Notes under the pieces: generated by a model
What the model was told of the DNA's origin: nothing
The model's database searches: none
The model's input: the letters and a program-made list of their open reading frames with translations, nothing else
Program-made: the position numbers and the translations under genes
Source of the DNA: Bacteroidales bacterium
Lineage (GTDB): Bacteria; Bacteroidota; Bacteroidia; Bacteroidales; UBA932
Assembly (NCBI GenBank): GCA_017428245.1
Contig: JAFRRF010000020.1
Coordinates: 6,421-70,420, forward strand
DNA: 64,000 nt
Direction of reading: 5' to 3'
In this document: positions 56,809-64,000 of the stretch, one piece after another
Layout of the letters: each line of letters starts with the position of its first letter
Numbering within the stretch: the stretch's first letter is position 1

Positions 56809-58236
56809 TTATGCGTTGAGCGCCCGCTCGATGTCATGGACGAAACCGCGGAAACTGCGGTCGGTATCCATCAGGTCATTGACCGTGTTGCAGGCGTGAA
56901 GTACCGTCGCATGGTCCTTGCCGCCCAACTGGGCGCCAATGGACGAAAGGGAGGTCTTTGTCAGATTGCGGCTCAGATACATCGCAATCTGGCGCGCCTG
57001 CACGATTTCGCGCTTGCGCGTCTTGGAAAGGAAAATTTCGTCGGTAATGCCGAAATAGTTGCAGACCGCTTCCTGGATCCGCGGAACCGTGATTTCGCTC
57101 TTGGGATCGGTGACGATCTTGTCGACGAGCCGCTGGGCGAGATCCAGCGTGATTTCCTGATGATTGAAAGTGGCGTTGGCGATCAGGGAGAAAAGGATGC
57201 CCTCCAACTCACGGATATTCGTCTTGACGCTCCGCGCTACGAACGCAAGCACGTCCTCGGCAATTTCCACACCCTCTCGGGCACATTTCGCCTGAAGGAT
57301 CGCAAGACGCGTCTCATAGGCCGGCGGAAGCAGTTCCGCAGAAAGTCCCCACTTGAAACGGGAGAGAAGACGCTGGTCAAGGCCCTGCAGGTCCACGGGC
57401 GGCTTGTCGGAGGTGAGGATCAACTGCTTTCCGCTCTGGTGCAGATAGTTGAAGATGTGGAAGAATGCACCCTGCGTGCCCTTCTTTTCAGCGAATTCCT
57501 GAACGTCATCGATAATCAGGACGTCGATGAGCTGATAGAAGCGGAGGAAATCGGCCACCTTGTTGCCGTTGTTCGCGCTCTTGGCCGAACAGGCGGCGTT
57601 CATATACTGGTTCTGGAAAGTATTGGCGCCCACATAAAGCACCACCTTCTCAGGAAAACGCTCCTTGACCGCAATGCCGATGGCCTGCGCCAGATGGGTC
57701 TTGCCCAGACCGGGACCGCCATAGATGAACAGCGGATTGAAAGTGCTCCGTCCGGGGTTGGCAGCGATGCTCTCACCGGCGGAACGGGCCAGCCGGTTGC
57801 AACTGCCTTCGATAAAATTCTCGAAATTATAGATCGGATTGAGACAGGGCTCGATGTTCAGCCGGCGGAGACCCGGAATGGCATAGGCGCTGCCCGTATA
57901 ATGCGCGCCCGCCTCGGGAATCGGCAGTTCCGCATTGCGGATCCGGCCGCCCTTGGGACGCTGCTCGATGAAAATGTCGTCGAGGATGCGGACTTTGTAA
58001 ACCAGGGAGGCGGAAGGTCCGATCTCACGGCGGAGCACCTTGCTCAGCAGGCCGATGAAATGCTCTTCGATATACTCCCGCCAGAAGTCAGACGGTACCT
58101 CGATCGTAAGCCGCTGGTCCTCCAGGGAGATCGGCTTGATCGGTCCGAACCAGGTCTTGAAAGTCTCTTCGTTCAGGTTATCCCTGAGGATTTCAAGGCA
58201 ACGGGTCCAAACTTCTGTCTGTCTTTCGGGAATCAT
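56809..58236 (-). CDS. dnaA: Chromosomal replication initiator protein DnaA
   Basis: NPLFIYGGPGLGKTHLAQAIG, LIIDDVQEF, and the C-terminal DNA-binding domain (REIVQARQIAMYLSRNLTKTSLSSIGAQLGGKDHATVLHA). Confidence 0.97.
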   Translation of the reverse strand: MIPERQTEVWTRCLEILRDNLNEETFKTWFGPIKPISLEDQRLTIEVPSDFWREYIEEHFIGLLSKVLRREIGPSASLVYKVRILDDIFIEQRPKGGRIRNAELPIPEAGAHYTGSAYAIPGLRRLNIEPCLNPIYNFENFIEGSCNRLARSAGESIAANPGRSTFNPLFIYGGPGLGKTHLAQAIGIAVKERFPEKVVLYVGANTFQNQYMNAACSAKSANNGNKVADFLRFYQLIDVLIIDDVQEFAEKKGTQGAFFHIFNYLHQSGKQLILTSDKPPVDLQGLDQRLLSRFKWGLSAELLPPAYETRLAILQAKCAREGVEIAEDVLAFVARSVKTNIRELEGILFSLIANATFNHQEITLDLAQRLVDKIVTDPKSEITVPRIQEAVCNYFGITDEIFLSKTRKREIVQARQIAMYLSRNLTKTSLSSIGAQLGGKDHATVLHACNTVNDLMDTDRSFRGFVHDIERALNA

Positions 58237-58340
58237 ACTCGGGTCTAAGTTTCGACAACAAAATTGGGGAAAAAAAGGTGATAAAAAAAACTTTTTTTGA
58301 TTGTTTTTTTCAAAAAAAACGCAAGTGCCTAATTATCAAG

Positions 58341-58376
58341 AAAAAAAAATTTCAGGTTTTTGTTTTTACCTGAAAA
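58341..58376 (-). terminator. Intrinsic terminator downstream of the amidase gene
   Basis: On the minus strand, the stem tttcaggt/acctgaaa (58350-58357 / 58368-58375) is followed by T9 (the complement of the A-run at 58341-58349). Confidence 0.75.
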
Positions 58377-58460
58377 TCAGCAAATTACAAGCGCACGAAG
58401 TGGCTACATTATTGAAAATAATAGAGTTAGAAAAACAGTACGGTTGAAAGACCGGCAGCG

Positions 58461-59555
58461 TTACTCCACCGCGATGACGAAAGCTCCGGAAAATTTCTTC
58501 CTAATCTCGGGAAGCCGGGCCAATGCAGCTTCGCGCGTCGGGAAATTACCAACAGAATATTTGTACATTCCGTTGATAAGTCTGCATTGGTATTGTGTCA
58601 CCCCTTTCAACTCGGCCGATCCGTTTTTCAACTTTTTCGAGGTGGCCAGAATCTGGATTTCATAGTGCGGTCCGGCAATGGCCGCCTGCTCGTCGACAGG
58701 CTCCGTCGGGGAGAGCATCGACTCGTCGATTTCAATGACGGCGTCGGAATCGTACTGCTGTTTGAATGTGGAGAAAGCCCTGAAAATATCATCGGCGATC
58801 TTCTGGCGGTTGGCGGCATTATTGAGCGTCGTACGGTCGTTGGCATTGGAAAGGAAACCCACCTCGACAAGAACCGAAGGCATCGTAGTGCGCCAAAGCA
58901 CCATAAGCGGCGCCTGACGGATACCCCTGCTCTTCCGTATCGGTCCGTTTTTGACAAACTGCTGCTGTATCAGCGCGGCGAAAGCGATGCTCTGTTCGAA
59001 ATGCGCGTTCTGCATCAGGTTGAAAATGATATAGGATTCCGGATTGTTCGGATCGAATCCTTCGTACGTAGTGGAATAATCGTCTTCCAGCAGGATCACA
59101 GAATTCTCCCGCTTGCACACCTCCATATTCGACTGGCTCTTGTCGGTACCCATCACGAACGTTTCCGTACCCGAAGCGGCAGTACTTCTAGCCGAATTCA
59201 CGTGGATGGAAATGAACAGGTCGGCATGGTTCCGGTTGGCGATGTTGCCACGCTCGGCAAGTTCGACGAAGCGGTCGGTCTTCCTTGTATAGATTACTTT
59301 CACATCCGGTAATTCCTTCTCGATGCGGGCCCCAAGCTTCAATGCGAGATCCAGGTTGATCTGCTTCTCGCTCATCTTGCTGCTCTTGGAAATCGCTCCC
59401 GGGTCGTGTCCGCCGTGACCGGCGTCTATGACCACCGTACGGAGGCGGATTCCGCCATCCTGTGCCTGAGCCAGTGAAGAAGGAAAAAGCGCCGGCAGGA
59501 GCGCCAGCAGCAGGATTCCAGACCGTCGGAGAAGGTATTTTACGCGAGATGGCAT
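58461..59555 (-). CDS. N-acetylmuramoyl-L-alanine amidase (Amidase_3) with C-terminal SPOR domain
   Basis: Start moved to MPSRVKYLLRRSGILLLALL (59555). VVIDAGHGGHDPGA, ISIHVNS and GFLSN. C-terminal YEIQILATSKKL...YKYSVGNFPTREAALARL is SPOR-like. Confidence 0.85.
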   Translation of the reverse strand: MPSRVKYLLRRSGILLLALLPALFPSSLAQAQDGGIRLRTVVIDAGHGGHDPGAISKSSKMSEKQINLDLALKLGARIEKELPDVKVIYTRKTDRFVELAERGNIANRNHADLFISIHVNSARSTAASGTETFVMGTDKSQSNMEVCKRENSVILLEDDYSTTYEGFDPNNPESYIIFNLMQNAHFEQSIAFAALIQQQFVKNGPIRKSRGIRQAPLMVLWRTTMPSVLVEVGFLSNANDRTTLNNAANRQKIADDIFRAFSTFKQQYDSDAVIEIDESMLSPTEPVDEQAAIAGPHYEIQILATSKKLKNGSAELKGVTQYQCRLINGMYKYSVGNFPTREAALARLPEIRKKFSGAFVIAVE

Positions 59556-59575
59556 ATTAGTTGCTGAAAAATTAT

Positions 59576-59583
59576 TAATTTTG
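59576..59583 (+). promoter_or_regulatory. Candidate -7 box (TAATTTTG) for the LptD-like gene
   Basis: Matches TAnnTTTG. It faces the minus-strand box at 59592-59599. Confidence 0.4.
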
Positions 59584-59591
59584 CCTTTCTG

Positions 59592-59599
59592 CAAAGATA
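59592..59599 (-). promoter_or_regulatory. Candidate -7 box (TATCTTTG) for the amidase gene
   Basis: The reverse complement of caaagata matches TAnnTTTG, 37 nt upstream of the ATG at 59555. Confidence 0.4.
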
Positions 59600-59610
59600 A
59601 GAATTTTGTT

Positions 59611-62322
59611 TTGCAAAACATAAGATTATCCATCCGACCCGGATTACGGGGGCTTCTGATATTGATCCTGCTGCTGGCGGGGGGACTGTCCCTGTCGGCG
59701 CAAGAGCCTGATTCCCTGCTTTTCGCGCCGCCGCCCGATTCCCTGCAGCTGCCTGTCCCTCCGCCCGACTCACTCTCTGCGGAAGGGGATACACTGGCCG
59801 TACCCCCGAAGGGGGCCATCGACCGTCCGGCCTTCTCCGCCGCCCGCGACTCCGTAATCGAGGATCTGGAACGGAATATCATCTACTATTTCGGGGATGT
59901 CACCGCCCAATACCAGGATATGGAACTGAAGGCCGACTATATGGCCTACAATACCCAGCTGAACGTGGTCTATGCCAAGGGGACGCTCGACACCATCACC
60001 AACACCCTCACCGGCCGTCCGGTGATGACCACGGGCGGAAAGAACTATGAGATGGATGAAGTCTATTATAACTTCAACACCCGGAAAGCCAAGATCAAAA
60101 ACATGGCCACCCAGCAGGACGACGGAAAACTGATCGGCCAGAAACTCAAGATGATGCCGGACCAGTCCATCAACATCTCCGGTGGCCAGTATACGGTATG
60201 CGATGCGGAACATCCGCATTATTACCTGAAAATGACCACGGTCAAGGTGATGACCGAACCCAAGCAGCGCACGATGTTCGGGCCGGCCTACGCCGTCATC
60301 GAAGACGTGCCGCTTCCGGTCATCATCCCCTTCGGCTTCGTCCCCGAAAAACCCGACCGCGCCAGCGGCATCCTCGTACCGACCTACGGCGAGGAACAGG
60401 CCCGCGGCCTTTACCTGCGCGATTTCGGTTATTCCTTCGTCATCGGCGACTACCTGGACCTGGCCCTTACCGGCGACATCTACACCTATGGTTCCTGGGC
60501 CGCGAGGGTAACGTCCCGATATAAAAAGAGGTACGCTTTCGACGGCTCCCTGGCCATCAATTATTCGAATGACATCACGGGAGAAAAGGATACGCCGTCT
60601 TACTCCCAGTCAAAGAATTTCGGTATCACCTGGAACCATTCGCAGGATGCAAAGGCCCGCCCCGGTACGACATTCCGTGCATCCGTCAATTTTTCCAGCC
60701 CGTCGAACAACCGGTACAATTCGGCCAGCGTAAGCGACGCACTCCAGAACCAGGCCTCGTCGTCCATTTCCTATTCCAAAGCCTGGAGCGGCGTATCCCT
60801 CTCGCTCAACCTGCTGCACTCACAGAATTCCCGCGACAGTTCGTACTCGTTCACCCTGCCGAACGTCACCCTCAACGTCAACCGCTTTTATCCGTTCAAA
60901 CGCAAGCACCGCGTCGGAAAGGAGCGCATCTACGAGCAGATTTCGCTCAGCTACAACGCCACGATGCAGAACAAGATCGCTTTCAAGGCGAGCGAATTCG
61001 GTTTTAACCGGGAGATGGTCAACCGGATGCAGAACGGCGTCAACCACAGTTTCACCATCGGCCTGCCAAACTTCACGCTGCTGAAGTATTTCCAGTTTAC
61101 TCCAAGCGTACGATACGGAATGAACTGGTTCTTCCGGGAGCAGTATCGCGAATATAACCCGGAAACCAACAAGGTAGAAACGATGTGGACCGACCAGTTC
61201 AGCCGTTTCGGCGTCACGCAGACCTATTCGGGCGGCATTTCGATGAACACGCGCATCTACGGTATGTTCAATTTCGGGAAACGGAGCAAACTGCAGGCTA
61301 TCCGGCACATGATCACGCCTTCGATGAGTTTTTCCCTGAGCCCGAACCTGGCAACGAAGAGCAATGGCTATACGTCCTACGTGTATACCGACAAGGACGG
61401 TGTGGAGCGGACCGTCGATTATAACAGGTACGCCGGCCAGCTGTACTCACCTCCGGGTACCGGACGGCAGGCTGCCCTGTCTTTCTCCATTGCCAATAAC
61501 CTGGAGGCGAAAATCCTCAAATCACAGGATCCGATGGCGGAAGAACCCAAGGACCCGAAGTCGAAATACGAAAAGATCAAACTGCTCGACCAGCTGAACC
61601 TCAGAGGTTCATACAACTTCCTGGCCGATTCGATGCGGCTGTCGAACATCGACGTTACGGCCAGCACCACGATTTTCGGGAAACTCGGCCTGAACGCGAA
61701 CTGCTCGCTCGACCCGTATGCAATCAATGAGCGTGGCCAGCGCATCAATACCTTCAACGTGATGAAAACCGGACGCCCGGCCAGACTGACCAATGCCAGT
61801 GCCTCACTCTCCTATTCCATCAACGGAGAAGGGAAAAAGAAAGGAAACGACGGGCATAACGACGGATATCAGCGCGACAGCAATTCGAACTCCGACTATG
61901 CCCGCATCTACTACCATCCGGTCACCGGAGAATACATTCCCGGCGGATGGGTGTACTATCTCAATCCCGAGATTCCCTGGTCGCTGAGTTTCAACTACAA
62001 CTATTCCTATTCCCGCACCTACCAGTACGTGAATGAACAGTTGCAGACCAAGCATAGCCATATCCAGACCCTCAGCATGTCCGGACAACTCCGCCTGACC
62101 AAAGCAATGAACTTTAATTTCAACTCCGGTTTCGACCTGACCAAAATGAAACTGACCACAACCCAGATCAGCGCGACATACGACCTGCACTGTTTCGCCA
62201 TTTCCGTATCCTGGGTTCCGACGGGCCAGTGGGAAAGCTGGAGTTTCCGCATCGCGGCCAAGGCTTCTGCCCTGGCAGACATCCTGCAGTTCAAGAAATC
62301 GGCCAGTTATTGGGATAGATAA
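59611..62322 (+). CDS. Large outer-membrane beta-barrel protein, LptD/OstA-like (start codon uncertain, non-ATG)
   Basis: Signal peptide LRGLLILILLLAGGLSLSAQ. OstA-like N-terminal region (IIYYFGDVTAQYQDMELKADYMAYN...). A long region of aromatic-rich alternating strands follows. There is no in-frame ATG before the signal peptide; TTG is present at 59581 and 59611. Confidence 0.7.
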   Translation: MQNIRLSIRPGLRGLLILILLLAGGLSLSAQEPDSLLFAPPPDSLQLPVPPPDSLSAEGDTLAVPPKGAIDRPAFSAARDSVIEDLERNIIYYFGDVTAQYQDMELKADYMAYNTQLNVVYAKGTLDTITNTLTGRPVMTTGGKNYEMDEVYYNFNTRKAKIKNMATQQDDGKLIGQKLKMMPDQSINISGGQYTVCDAEHPHYYLKMTTVKVMTEPKQRTMFGPAYAVIEDVPLPVIIPFGFVPEKPDRASGILVPTYGEEQARGLYLRDFGYSFVIGDYLDLALTGDIYTYGSWAARVTSRYKKRYAFDGSLAINYSNDITGEKDTPSYSQSKNFGITWNHSQDAKARPGTTFRASVNFSSPSNNRYNSASVSDALQNQASSSISYSKAWSGVSLSLNLLHSQNSRDSSYSFTLPNVTLNVNRFYPFKRKHRVGKERIYEQISLSYNATMQNKIAFKASEFGFNREMVNRMQNGVNHSFTIGLPNFTLLKYFQFTPSVRYGMNWFFREQYREYNPETNKVETMWTDQFSRFGVTQTYSGGISMNTRIYGMFNFGKRSKLQAIRHMITPSMSFSLSPNLATKSNGYTSYVYTDKDGVERTVDYNRYAGQLYSPPGTGRQAALSFSIANNLEAKILKSQDPMAEEPKDPKSKYEKIKLLDQLNLRGSYNFLADSMRLSNIDVTASTTIFGKLGLNANCSLDPYAINERGQRINTFNVMKTGRPARLTNASASLSYSINGEGKKKGNDGHNDGYQRDSNSNSDYARIYYHPVTGEYIPGGWVYYLNPEIPWSLSFNYNYSYSRTYQYVNEQLQTKHSHIQTLSMSGQLRLTKAMNFNFNSGFDLTKMKLTTTQISATYDLHCFAISVSWVPTGQWESWSFRIAAKASALADILQFKKSASYWDR

Positions 62323-62333
62323 AAAAATATTCC

Positions 62334-62341
62334 TATATTTG
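62334..62341 (+). promoter_or_regulatory. Candidate -7 box (TATATTTG) for rho
   Basis: Matches TAnnTTTG, 62 nt upstream of the rho ATG. Confidence 0.45.
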
Positions 62342-62403
62342 TCCGTTCAAAATACCAAACCGGCCACGCAGGCTTCACGCGTCCCGGTTTCCAATCCGAA
62401 TAA

Positions 62404-64000
<1,597 letters not shown>

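Noticed and set aside
58237-58460. A clear DnaA-box cluster that would define oriC.
   Set aside because: I found only 6-7 of 9 matches to TTATCCACA or its complement. The region is kept only as a weak candidate in the findings.

Overview
This window reads as a chromosomal segment from a high-GC member of the Bacteroidota, probably Bacteroidales and possibly Rikenellaceae or Alistipes-like. That placement is an inference from three things: many TAnnTTTG -7 promoter boxes, BACON-domain lipoproteins, and an rpmB-rpmG-DUF4295 operon. All protein family names come from motif recognition by eye; no searches were run.

Most of the window is tightly packed housekeeping. It includes:
- dnaA, rho, secA, ftsH and lepB
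- the thrS-infC-rpmI-rplT operon
- rpmB-rpmG, rnpB and one tRNA-Thr
- recR, birA, rpe, psd and cdsA

Gene orientation switches from mostly minus strand (left of about 58.3 kb) to plus strand (right of about 59.6 kb). This fits a replication origin near dnaA.

Things worth a second look, in rough order of interest:
1. A visibly low-GC 2.6-kb cassette (51887-54496) encodes a membrane-anchored UvrD/HelD-like helicase with an inserted PD-(D/E)xK-like nuclease module and a C-terminal topoisomerase-type zinc ribbon. It exactly fills the gap between two inverted copies (about 89% identical) of a 168-nt hairpin-rich element.
   - Each copy is closed by its own unrelated long stem, and the copies show compensatory substitutions.
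   - A probable partial third copy lies at 14.2 kb.
2. A five-gene operon links an internally duplicated DUF1538 membrane protein to two PII-like proteins, then a DUF4199 protein and a GT2 glycosyltransferase.
3. Two tandem modules of C10 cysteine protease plus BACON lipoprotein have ATGA overlaps at every junction.
4. Rho carries a roughly 180-aa K/P/A- and Q-rich insert with an AT-hook-like RGRPRK. This ORF is missing from the supplied track because it runs off the window end.
5. Smaller items:
   - infC must use a non-canonical start codon
   - three small ORFs are absent from the track: DUF4295, a 2x[4Fe-4S] ferredoxin, and a truncated YolD-like ORF coupled to a Y-family polymerase
   - two loci have face-to-face overlapping -7 boxes
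   - a small secreted protein has six internal repeats

No CRISPR array, transposase, integrase or rRNA was seen.
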